Shown in pieces: positions 46,807-55,271 of a stretch of DNA of 64,000 bases. The notes beneath the pieces were generated by a model. That model searched no databases and had not been told where the DNA came from. It was given only the letters and a program-made list of their open reading frames with translations. The stretch comes from a virus: IMG/VR virus record IMGVR_UViG_3300048575_000193, one strand, 5' to 3'. How positions within the stretch are numbered: position 1 is the stretch's first letter; each line of letters opens with the position of its first letter. A program made the position numbers and the translations under genes.

Positions 46807-48189
46807 TCACCTACCTGCGGGGAAGATGCCCCATTTGACCATCGCGTCTTTGGCGTTGAGTGTCATTTTGACACACATTTGGCTTGGAATCGAGATCCTG
46901 TGTGTCGCGTTGTCCCGTAGGAAGAACCTGGTCGTAGGGAATAGTCGGGATTTCATCCTGCTTGTGACCGTAGGCTTTCGACCATCCTCAAAAGGTGTCC
47001 AGACAGACTTGTTGAGCCAGATCAAGTCGTTGCCTTGGCTTATGTGTTTCGCCGGTATCCCTGTGATCGGCCGAATTCGTGGTGTTTCGTTTGGGCACTC
47101 ATGTAGTGCATACAGTGTGTACTGCGCCGGATCGTACCAGTTGATGCCTACGCGGTCTATCCCAACCGGCTTCACCAGAATTGCGTTGTGTGTGCTGTTT
47201 CCGCCGCTGATGCCGTGCAACCTGTAGAGACAGATCATGGACATCGAGCTGGCTCCGTAAGCAAGTAAACTGCGCACGATGCCCGTATAAGCGGTCTCAA
47301 ATTCCCACGCCGCCCTGTTGTTCTCGCAGATCGTTGCAAAGACTTTTCCATACCCTGTTGGTGGTGCTTCCCAATGCTGGAAGGCCCCCCCTGACATTGG
47401 GACCCATGTGGCCGTCGCGGAGTTGTACACCATACGGTCCCCAGTAGTGCTAAGGCTGTTTAGCGTAATGCCCTCTGTTGGCATGCCGTACCTTGTGCGA
47501 TTACTCCGCGTCAACCACAGCGCACGTTCCCTGTTAACGGCATAAGCTCCTGCGGGGAGGCCGAGACCTCGGCTGCATACAGCCTGGAACCAGTCTTCAA
47601 ACTGAGGCCAGTTGATCAGATCCCTACCCAAAGTCTGACGGTTGTCATTGTACCGTTTCCGGCCTTTGAGCATGGAATAGAACGTGTTGATCCCCCACAT
47701 CTTGTTGACGACAGGAATGGTAGCGTCCACCGTGTCATACACAGTCGCCATGATGTTGCGTGAATAGTACCCCCCAGTCTGGGCAGCATTGGCGGCCAGA
47801 AACGCGTATAGCGCACTTTCTGTCGAGAAGCTCAACCCGCTCCAACTGTTCCCCCCGATTTCGTAGATGTCCCACGAGCATCTACGGTAACGATCGAAGT
47901 TCAAACCCATCAGGTCAGGGTGTTGTTTCACCACGATACCCGAAAAGCCCAATTGGGTAACAGATGTCTTCGTGGCCTCAGTAAGACGAAGCGTCCCGTA
48001 TTCAAGCCGCGTTCGAGTCGAGCTTGTTGTTTGAGCATCCATGTAGGGCAAGCCGGTCCACTTGGTGGTGCCATCTCCGATTTTTGCCCTATCTGTGTCT
48101 GTCTCGAACCCAAGCTCCCCTTGGTTCATAACGGGATCACGTCCCAACCACTGAGACGCTGTCATCCGGCGAGATCTGAAGTATTCCAT
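46807..48189 (-). CDS. Tail-associated protein with Mtd_N / hyaluronidase-N-like N-terminus
   Basis: W..RDPVMNQGELGFETDTDRAKIGDGTTKWTGLPY. Confidence 0.75.
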   Translation of the reverse strand: MEYFRSRRMTASQWLGRDPVMNQGELGFETDTDRAKIGDGTTKWTGLPYMDAQTTSSTRTRLEYGTLRLTEATKTSVTQLGFSGIVVKQHPDLMGLNFDRYRRCSWDIYEIGGNSWSGLSFSTESALYAFLAANAAQTGGYYSRNIMATVYDTVDATIPVVNKMWGINTFYSMLKGRKRYNDNRQTLGRDLINWPQFEDWFQAVCSRGLGLPAGAYAVNRERALWLTRSNRTRYGMPTEGITLNSLSTTGDRMVYNSATATWVPMSGGAFQHWEAPPTGYGKVFATICENNRAAWEFETAYTGIVRSLLAYGASSMSMICLYRLHGISGGNSTHNAILVKPVGIDRVGINWYDPAQYTLYALHECPNETPRIRPITGIPAKHISQGNDLIWLNKSVWTPFEDGRKPTVTSRMKSRLFPTTRFFLRDNATHRISIPSQMCVKMTLNAKDAMVKWGIFPAGR

Positions 48190-48200
48190 GTGCTCTCCAG

Positions 48201-49565
48201 CTATTTGACACTTACGTCCATCAGAGATACCGGAAGCCCGCTCTTCCGCCTTTCCACACGAATACCTCGTGGGAGTGTCTCAGTTCGGATTCCTGTCTCG
48301 CTCTGTCTTAGGTAGAACGTGACAAGGTCTGGCCAGTTGTATGTGTCGATGCTTTCCGCCGAAGGTGTCGTGCGTGACACCACCCTCTTTAGGGTTTGCA
48401 CCACGCTTGGCAAATCTGTAACACGTATCCCATCTAGCCACCCACGGTCGAAGGTGAATCCCTGTTTGGTGAGGTTGGTAACACGCGGTTCCGTTTTCCA
48501 ATTGCGGCCACGCCCTTCGGCCAACAGCTCGTAGTTCGGCATCCCGATACTCAACAGGCCTATTTTCGTCACGCCCATAGGCTTGAGCAGAAAAGCGACT
48601 TGATTCGGGTCGTCCACGTCTCGAATGGCATATGCCAACATACCCTCGATAGGGTTTCCGGATTGAAATATTGCTCCGAAGCCTCGCAAGGACGTGTCAG
48701 GTTGCTCTAGGAACAGGGTTGTCCCGTCCACCCTTCGATAGACATGGCAGGGATTCTGCCTTAGCATACCCCCGTCGTTGAAGACCTCCCACCGGCTTCC
48801 AGGCGTCACCTGTGTGTAGTCAGACGCACCCCAGTTCCAACAGTACCTGAGCGCTGACAACCCACCGGGGTGAACAATCGTGATGTTCTGGTTTTTCGGC
48901 ATATTGTAAAGTTGTCGCTTGTTTGAGGTCCAACACACCTTGTTCTGGTCCCTACCAGGATCCAAGTTGTAGAAGTACTGCATCAAGCGTCTCTCAAGCC
49001 CTGGACCACCATGCCGCAAAAGAAAGCCGTCACTGTATCCTGCAAGAGTCCCTTGGTTTGGAGCTGTGCGGCCATGCCCACGGTCTGCCGTGTAACAAGC
49101 TCTCCCTCTAAATGACCCGTACACACCGTTCCAGCTATTGAAGCGCACAATCCCTTGTTGTGTATCGAACACTTCATACACTCGAATCAAGACATCTTCG
49201 TCGAACACCCCGCCCGTTGTAGGCACAACCGACGCGGCCCAAGTGTTCAAAGCGGCTAGGTCCATGTGCGCACGGCGTCCGAGGATGTTGCCTCCAACAC
49301 TCAGTATCTCTACAAACGCAAGATCGTACACACTGTCCCACTTAGGAAACAGGTGGCCGGGGGCTCTTTCGATTGCGATCGTAGTTGTGCTTCTGTCCAT
49401 GAGGTGCAGATACCGCTCCTGCACCCGTCGGAACTCAAGATTCTCACGACGCATCCACGCGCCGTTGGCGGAAACCCATTGCCAGACATGCTTCTGATCG
49501 TCTACGAATACCTGACCATCAAACGGGAGAGGTGCTTTGAGCGCTGTGCCCCAGTTGTATGCCAC
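48201..49565 (-). CDS. Paralog of the 46807-48189 protein with a different N-terminal module
   Basis: FDGQVFVDDQKHVWQW N-terminus, shared collinear blocks with the neighbour. Confidence 0.7.
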   Translation of the reverse strand: MAYNWGTALKAPLPFDGQVFVDDQKHVWQWVSANGAWMRRENLEFRRVQERYLHLMDRSTTTIAIERAPGHLFPKWDSVYDLAFVEILSVGGNILGRRAHMDLAALNTWAASVVPTTGGVFDEDVLIRVYEVFDTQQGIVRFNSWNGVYGSFRGRACYTADRGHGRTAPNQGTLAGYSDGFLLRHGGPGLERRLMQYFYNLDPGRDQNKVCWTSNKRQLYNMPKNQNITIVHPGGLSALRYCWNWGASDYTQVTPGSRWEVFNDGGMLRQNPCHVYRRVDGTTLFLEQPDTSLRGFGAIFQSGNPIEGMLAYAIRDVDDPNQVAFLLKPMGVTKIGLLSIGMPNYELLAEGRGRNWKTEPRVTNLTKQGFTFDRGWLDGIRVTDLPSVVQTLKRVVSRTTPSAESIDTYNWPDLVTFYLRQSETGIRTETLPRGIRVERRKSGLPVSLMDVSVK

Positions 49566-49566
49566 G

Positions 49567-50028
49567 TCACACCTCCAGCCAGACAGGGTAGTCGATGTCA
49601 GCTTGCCACACAAACAGCTTCAGCATGTCCGTGTCATACACCAGCGTGCCCGCTGTTGTAGATGGCGGCATGGCAATTCGCTGTGCTGTCGTCTTGAGCA
49701 AGACCCCAGGACCACCCCCAGACGATGCAGGGACCCACCTACCTGGCCCGCTTGCAGACGGACCTAGTTTTGGTTGTATGGCATTAACACCGTCATCCAA
49801 CGCAACTGATGTGGGATCCCATTGAAACAAGCCCACACCAGTGACAAACACATGCAACGCGGATTGGTTGTACCCGTCAGTGTCCACACAGCGTAGCGCC
49901 TCCGCGTTATCAAAAATCTGGCCGATGCCCGATTCGATAGCGTGTAAGGCCCGCTCAAGATCTCTGCTCAGATCTGCGGCACGTGTCTTTCGAACGTTGC
50001 GGCTAACAGGGTAACGCGGGGGAGCCAT
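49567..50028 (-). CDS. Virion-associated / adaptor-like protein
   Basis: GLFQWDPTSVALDDGVNAIQP...GRW, GTLVYDTDMLKLFVW. Confidence 0.6.
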   Translation of the reverse strand: MAPPRYPVSRNVRKTRAADLSRDLERALHAIESGIGQIFDNAEALRCVDTDGYNQSALHVFVTGVGLFQWDPTSVALDDGVNAIQPKLGPSASGPGRWVPASSGGGPGVLLKTTAQRIAMPPSTTAGTLVYDTDMLKLFVWQADIDYPVWLEV

Positions 50029-50073
50029 CGTTACCCTGTTAGTATAAGAGAATCAGCCAAGGTCCGCCAGTCC

Positions 50074-50973
50074 TCATCCAGGGGCTCCGGGGGCTTCTTC
50101 TTCGCCATGCCTCATAGCTACACCGCGTGAGTCAACGATCGTGAGCTGCCCGTCACGGAAGAACGTGCGCTTGCCGCCCCGGATGTCCCACGCGTTCGCT
50201 GTCTCAAGGAAACGTGGTGTGTCTGCTTCGATGAGGAGCTTCTGCATAAGCATGAGGTCGTAGGTGGGGATGTGCATGTCCGCCACGAGGCAGTATTCGA
50301 AGGCCGGGACGCCGTTGATGAGGCGGTGTACCCCGTGGCTGTGGTTCTTCGCGATCCGGTAGGTGTGCCCGTCTTGGCCTACGGTGTGAAAGTAGCTGTG
50401 CCGCTCAAGCTCTTCTCGCTGGATCTCATCAAGGTTGGCCCGGAGAATCCTGAGCGCCCTCTCTTCGACGTCACGCATCTCTTTCCGGAAGTCTGTCTCG
50501 TCGGCGTTGCTTTGGTAGCGTCGGACCGAGTCGACCACCATGGGATGGAGATCCCCCATACGCGCCCCACCATTGTGGAGCCGGAAGGTCTCGAGAATGA
50601 GTTGTCGGAGGACGGGCCAAGGGTCGCCTTGAAAGGGCTCCCCAAGGCTGGTATCGTGTGGGACGAAGGCCATGCTCCCAAGGACGAAGAGCATGGCCTT
50701 CTCCGATAGCCCGGTCGCCCATGCCTCAACGCCCCGGAGGGCGAAGATGAGCGTCCCAGGGTCGGAGAGGACCTCTTTGCCCGCCGTGAGGCTCTCATGG
50801 AACTTGGGAAGCGGATAGTCTACGCCAATGCAGACGAGGATCTTGTTGTTGCCTGTGGCCCGGCGCGGCTCCCAACCTACGTTCTCCTCGAGCTGGTAGT
50901 ACCTCGTCCCCGAGGGCAGGGGGTAGATCGGGACTTTCCCCAGTTGGACAAGATCAAGTAGCAGCCGATCCAT
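50074..50973 (-). CDS. Hypothetical protein with C-terminal Cys-containing domain (EYCL...P..D.ML.QKLL)
   Basis: 299 aa. Confidence 0.75.
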   Translation of the reverse strand: MDRLLLDLVQLGKVPIYPLPSGTRYYQLEENVGWEPRRATGNNKILVCIGVDYPLPKFHESLTAGKEVLSDPGTLIFALRGVEAWATGLSEKAMLFVLGSMAFVPHDTSLGEPFQGDPWPVLRQLILETFRLHNGGARMGDLHPMVVDSVRRYQSNADETDFRKEMRDVEERALRILRANLDEIQREELERHSYFHTVGQDGHTYRIAKNHSHGVHRLINGVPAFEYCLVADMHIPTYDLMLMQKLLIEADTPRFLETANAWDIRGGKRTFFRDGQLTIVDSRGVAMRHGEEEAPGAPG

Positions 50974-51175
50974 TGCCCGGCGTTCCTACGAATTCCCACT
51001 CCGGATTGCAACCGATCTCGGTTTTGGTGTTCTTGTAGACCACCTTGATCGTCGACTTGACCCCCATGGGCTCGATCCCCTGTGTTCTCGGGTGCTCTTC
51101 TGAGCATCGAATCATCTCGTCAACGGCCTTGGTGAATCCGTCGATCAGCTCGTCTCGATGGTCTTTGAGGCTCAT
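50954..51175 (-). CDS. Small hypothetical protein (MSLKDHR...)
   Basis: 73 aa, SD GGAGGA. Confidence 0.55.
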   Translation of the reverse strand: MSLKDHRDELIDGFTKAVDEMIRCSEEHPRTQGIEPMGVKSTIKVVYKNTKTEIGCNPEWEFVGTPGNGSAAT

Positions 51176-51177
51176 GC

Positions 51178-51498
51178 TCATCCTCCTACAGCAGGCGGGG
51201 TCGCCACGTAGTTGGCCTTGGGGTCGAACGTGTGGGCAAGCTCCCCACCTTTGTACACGAACTTGCCGGTGTTGCTGAAGTTGGCAACCTCCGCTCCTTG
51301 ACGTCCAAGGCGTGTGACCTTGAAGACGAGGAATCCCTTGGCCTTCATGGCCTTGAAATGCTCTTCGGCGGCGGCGACCTCTTCCGGCTTCCGGCGGTTC
51401 CAGTAGTACTTGATGTCTCCCGTGTGTCCCAATTCGGCCATGATGCCGATGTCGTCTTCCGCCGCCGTGGTTTCCTGTGGAACGATTAGCTTTGTCAT
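51178..51498 (-). CDS. Small protein ending in Gly-Gly (ubiquitin-like candidate)
   Basis: 106 aa, C-terminus YVATPPAVGG. Confidence 0.75.
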   Translation of the reverse strand: MTKLIVPQETTAAEDDIGIMAELGHTGDIKYYWNRRKPEEVAAAEEHFKAMKAKGFLVFKVTRLGRQGAEVANFSNTGKFVYKGGELAHTFDPKANYVATPPAVGG

Positions 51499-52271
51499 TC
51501 TGTGATCCCTTCAAATTCGGCGATGTCCGCCGCGTCAAGCTCTACCTGTGCCACGATGAGCTTACCCGGGCGCTCGTAGACTTGCAAGCCAAGGAGCCGC
51601 AACGCCGCCCGAACCTTGGCCTCCGTAAGCGGAAGCTCGAGGACTTGGACCCCTGTCACCGGGGCCTGTCCAAGGGTCTCGAAGACGAGCTTGTATTGGG
51701 CATCCTCGCTGAGGGACCGGAACTTCGCGAGGGCGGGTTGGTACTCCTCGGGGAAGAGGTCCGCACGCATCTCCTGAAGACCCCAAAGCGTCCTTGAGGC
51801 GCCATCCTCACCGTAGTCGTCGTGGCAAGAGTCTCGGTGCCGGATGAGCTTGACCAGGTCCTCTTGTGTGACCTCCGAGGCAACGATCTGCACATTGGCG
51901 TCCTTGACGATCGCGGCGATTCGCGAAAGCTGGTGTTGCGCGCCGCCCTCTTCGAACTGTAGCGCGTGGTCCAAGTCCGGGCTCCAAGTAGGTGGCCCCT
52001 CAACCCCGCCTACGCTGGCGGCCTCGTCTCCGGCGTAGTAGCCCTTGGAGGGGCTGTAGATAACCGCACCCCCCAACGGAGGCGTCTCCTTCGGAGCAAC
52101 CTCGCACATGGTGTCGAGGTACTTCTTGACCTCTTCTGCCTTCAGTTGAAAGCCGGGGCGCTTCCAGTCACGCACCGTGCAATGCTTGCCGTCGCGTGTG
52201 ACCCACCAGGTCTTTCCGTCAACGTGAAGCTGGAGGCTCTGATCCTCGAATGTGTAATCGCGTACTTGCAT
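51495..52271 (-). CDS. Hypothetical protein
   Basis: 258 aa, 9 nt after a GGTGTAG box. Confidence 0.75.
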   Translation of the reverse strand: MQVRDYTFEDQSLQLHVDGKTWWVTRDGKHCTVRDWKRPGFQLKAEEVKKYLDTMCEVAPKETPPLGGAVIYSPSKGYYAGDEAASVGGVEGPPTWSPDLDHALQFEEGGAQHQLSRIAAIVKDANVQIVASEVTQEDLVKLIRHRDSCHDDYGEDGASRTLWGLQEMRADLFPEEYQPALAKFRSLSEDAQYKLVFETLGQAPVTGVQVLELPLTEAKVRAALRLLGLQVYERPGKLIVAQVELDAADIAEFEGITE

Positions 52272-52355
52272 CGATCCCTCCTACACCAGATCCAGCCAAG
52301 CCTGCCACGCATCGGCGATCTGCTTGTCGGTCAAGGGTTCACCATAGTCGTCACC

Positions 52356-52694
52356 TCACGCGGCGTCCGGAAGATGAAGCTCAAGCCCCAAGGCGGTAAG
52401 GTCCACCCACTCGTAGGGGCCTCGCGGGATAGCATCCGGGTGTTCGGCCGCGAATGCCACGATCGCTTTGCGTACAGGGTGGCCCGCGCCCATGTCGCCC
52501 CACCACCCCGGGTGCCCCAAGTAGACCCAGTCCGAAAGGTCGGTCTGCTTCGACCCGTAGTGTCCTGGCCGTGGTGGCACGTAGTCGTCATGGGCCTTTT
52601 GGAGGTCGCGGGGGCTTTGCCCCTCACGCATCCGGTAGGGTATCCCGTAGAGCCCAAGGGCGTCTGGTTTTCGGTACAGGACGAAGATCTGCAT
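52356..52694 (-). CDS. Hypothetical protein
   Basis: 112 aa, SD GGGGGAG. Confidence 0.65.
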   Translation of the reverse strand: MQIFVLYRKPDALGLYGIPYRMREGQSPRDLQKAHDDYVPPRPGHYGSKQTDLSDWVYLGHPGWWGDMGAGHPVRKAIVAFAAEHPDAIPRGPYEWVDLTALGLELHLPDAA

Positions 52695-52703
52695 GGCTCC
52701 CCC

Positions 52704-53003
52704 TCAGAGGCTCAAGTAGAGCCCGGTTTCACGCTCGAAGAGCCCCTTGAGGCTGTCCGCGTAGATGTCCTTGAACTCGCCCTTGACCTTGCGGCTCGTC
52801 CCTCGAAGGGAGATGAACTCCACCGTGTAGGTGTCGCTCGGGTCAAGCACGATCCGGCAAGCGTTGGCGCCGTTGCGCGCCCGCGCCTTGAACCGGAAGC
52901 TCAGGCTGTTCTCTGAACCCACGAAGTTGTAGGCGCCAATCATGGCAACCATACGGTTGGCGCTGTGTCCGAGTTGCTGGGCGATAGTGTTGGCGACGAG
53001 CAT
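52704..53003 (-). CDS. Hypothetical protein
   Basis: 99 aa from MLVANT. Confidence 0.75.
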   Translation of the reverse strand: MLVANTIAQQLGHSANRMVAMIGAYNFVGSENSLSFRFKARARNGANACRIVLDPSDTYTVEFISLRGTSRKVKGEFKDIYADSLKGLFERETGLYLSL

Positions 53004-53010
53004 GCCCCTA

Positions 53011-53541
53011 TTACGCCGGAGCACCCTCTTGATCAATCCAAAGTGCATCCAGCCGTTGGATTTCCTTCCGGATCACGTCAAGCGCGTCCCCTTCATCCAA
53101 CGTCTCAAGCATGGCTAGGACGCGCCACTTGCCCCCAGACGTGAGGTTCTCCTTGTCGTAGACCGGAACGCCCCACTCGTCGACCGTGTTCGCCCGCTGG
53201 TCATGGGGCTCCGTCATGTAGATGGGCTCGACCTCGTGGCCGTCGTAGACGTAGAACGGGATCTTCGCGTAGGGCGTCCGCCGCCCCACCTTGATCGCCA
53301 TCCACCGGACAAGGGCGAAGATGTACTCACGCTCCCCACCGTAGGCGTTGTAGTCGAACCCGATGGACCGACGCCCGTTGTCGTAGCTTAGCTGTCCCGT
53401 GCGAAGGGGCCTGCTCGCGTAAGAGAACCACCCCGGCTCACCCATGACCTCCGGCCACATGCGGAAGTTCTTGGCGATGAATCGGTACATCTTCTCGAAA
53501 AGCTCTTGGCTCCGAACCGGAGCAGCAACGCTGTATCCCAT
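53011..53541 (-). CDS. Hypothetical protein
   Basis: 176 aa. Confidence 0.75.
   Translation of the reverse strand: MGYSVAAPVRSQELFEKMYRFIAKNFRMWPEVMGEPGWFSYASRPLRTGQLSYDNGRRSIGFDYNAYGGEREYIFALVRWMAIKVGRRTPYAKIPFYVYDGHEVEPIYMTEPHDQRANTVDEWGVPVYDKENLTSGGKWRVLAMLETLDEGDALDVIRKEIQRLDALWIDQEGAPA
53012..53036 (-). promoter_or_regulatory. Class I motif TTGATC-N12-CGGCGTA
   Basis: 8 nt before ATG 53003. Confidence 0.75.
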
Positions 53542-53547
53542 ACTGTC

Positions 53548-53829
53548 CTACCTGTAGGTTGTTGGGTGGATGCCCAAGAGGGCCATCTCCAAGGCATGCA
53601 CCTTTCGGAAGAGGGCGTTGGCGGCCCCTTGAGGTGTCTTGCGGGGAGGCCCTTGTAAGATGAAGCCCTTTTGGCGGAGGGTCCCCTGCCAGGTCTTCTT
53701 CGCTTGGTGGAGGACAACCTCGATCTTGATTCCCCGCACGACCTTGCTGTAGCTCGTCTGCCAACCGGAGAGCTTGGTGCCGTAGTGGAGTTGGTGCCCC
53801 GCGAAGTAGATCAAGCCTGCGGTCTTCAT
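53548..53829 (-). CDS. Hypothetical protein
   Basis: 93 aa. Confidence 0.65.
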   Translation of the reverse strand: MKTAGLIYFAGHQLHYGTKLSGWQTSYSKVVRGIKIEVVLHQAKKTWQGTLRQKGFILQGPPRKTPQGAANALFRKVHALEMALLGIHPTTYR

Positions 53830-53942
53830 GGGCTGCTCAAGTAGGCTGTAATCCCGGCGATGACGAGGGCTAGGGAGATGCCCAAAATGGCGACCACGAT
53901 CATCAATTCGACCAAGGTGAAAGCACGTTGTGGTTTTTGCAT
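53826..53942 (-). CDS. 38-aa type IV prepilin-like peptide (N-terminal methylation helix only)
   Basis: MQKPQRA|FTLVELMIVVAILGISLALVIAGITAYLSSP. Confidence 0.75.
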   Translation of the reverse strand: MQKPQRAFTLVELMIVVAILGISLALVIAGITAYLSSP

Positions 53943-53973
53943 GGTGTGTCTCTGATCTGGTCTACACCGGAGG

Positions 53974-54141
53974 CTACCAGTCGCGAGGCCGCCGCTCCCT
54001 ACGTCGCAAGAGCCACCAAACGAGCTTGACGATCTGCCGGTCGGACATACCGTCGATCTTGAGTCCCATCCAACGAGCAAGGCGCCGGAGCCCATCTGGA
54101 TTCCGACGCCTTGCCTCATTCAAGTCTGTTTTGGTTATCAC
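53974..54141 (-). CDS. Small basic protein (MITKTDLNEARRR..., 55 aa)
   Basis: Read manually, fills the gap, GTG start. Confidence 0.5.
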   Translation of the reverse strand: MITKTDLNEARRRNPDGLRRLARWMGLKIDGMSDRQIVKLVWWLLRRRERRPRDW

Positions 54142-54171
54142 CCGACACAACTACCCCGGATGGGGTATCAA

Positions 54172-54732
54172 CTACTCACGAAGCTTGATCGGCCCTGCCT
54201 TCTTCGTCTTGAATGCCTCTTCCGTGGCGGCGTTCGTCACGATGTCGAACTGGGAGAGGTCCTTCTTGGGGAAGCCCAACGTCCGCGCGACCATGCCCCC
54301 GGGGAACGTCCCAAGCGTGACCTCGTAGACCCGCTTCTTGTCCAAGAGGCTCTTCTGGTCCGCTTCGAAGCTGTTGCGCCCGGCCTCCATGGCTTGCTGG
54401 ATCGAGCGGTAGAGCGACGCGTCGACCGTGGGGTTCTTCTCTTGGATGAACTGGAAGACCGCCTTCGACCCCTCCGCCCCATACCGGCCCTTCATGGCGC
54501 CGTCGTAGAGCTTCTGAAGGTCCGCCGTGTACATGTCTGGAACTTGCGCCATCTCCTTGATCTTGTTGAAGTAGTTGGCGTAGTTGTTCCGATTCTGGTC
54601 ATATTGAGCTTGCAGCCCAGCTTCCTGTCGAATGCAATCGTTATTGACTCCGACGCACCCGCCAATGCCTAGTACGGCAAAGAGGACCACCATCGAGGCA
54701 CACCCGATAAATACCTTCATCCCTGTTGTCAT
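54172..54732 (-). CDS. LemA-like membrane-anchored protein
   Basis: N-terminal TM helix, helical body, ...[19 protein letters not shown]. Confidence 0.75.
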   Translation of the reverse strand: MTTGMKVFIGCASMVVLFAVLGIGGCVGVNNDCIRQEAGLQAQYDQNRNNYANYFNKIKEMAQVPDMYTADLQKLYDGAMKGRYGAEGSKAVFQFIQEKNPTVDASLYRSIQQAMEAGRNSFEADQKSLLDKKRVYEVTLGTFPGGMVARTLGFPKKDLSQFDIVTNAATEEAFKTKKAGPIKLRE

Positions 54733-55262
54733 GTTGCGGACTCCTCGACTTGTCTACACCGAGCTATTTGACGCATCTTCTCTCGCCACGCCTCGGGTTT
54801 AGGTTTACCCCTACGCGCCAGGCTCATCTTCTCTCGCGTGCTTTCTGATAGCTGTTTACCCTTGTTATTCGGAGGCTTCCCCTTCTTTGCTAGGCTCATC
54901 CTCTGGCGCGTTTCCTCAGAATGGGGGTGCCCTTTACCAAGACGAGCAGATCGTATCTTCGCCCGTGCCTCCGGGCTCTGCTTGTGCCCGGATGTTCCCT
55001 GTCCACCAGCCGTTCGATTGCAACCTATACTGGATTGTCCTGCTAGAGTTCCCAGCGATGTGATTAGGGCTCGCTCCAGGTTGAGCGCTTCAGTCTCAAC
55101 AGATGTGGCCAAAACAACCTGTCTGTTTAAGCCGTATGCACGCGCAATCTCTGCGTGGTTGGCACTCCGCCTTTTGTCTTTCACACGGCTTGCTGTCCCT
55201 TTCCCCACATAAAAGGCTCGAGGATGTGCTTCGATTGTCCAGTCAACATATACGAACCACAT
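54729..55262 (-). mobile_element. GIY-YIG endonuclease with NUMOD3-type repeats (homing endonuclease)
   Basis: FVY...FYVGKG...R...EALNLE...NRTAGG, HSEETRQRMSLAKKG repeats, lower GC than flanks. Confidence 0.85.
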
Positions 55263-55271
55263 AGTCTTACC

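Noticed and set aside
46807-48189. Diversity-generating retroelement target (Mtd_N-like protein)
   Set aside because: No reverse transcriptase and no template/variable repeat pair seen in the window
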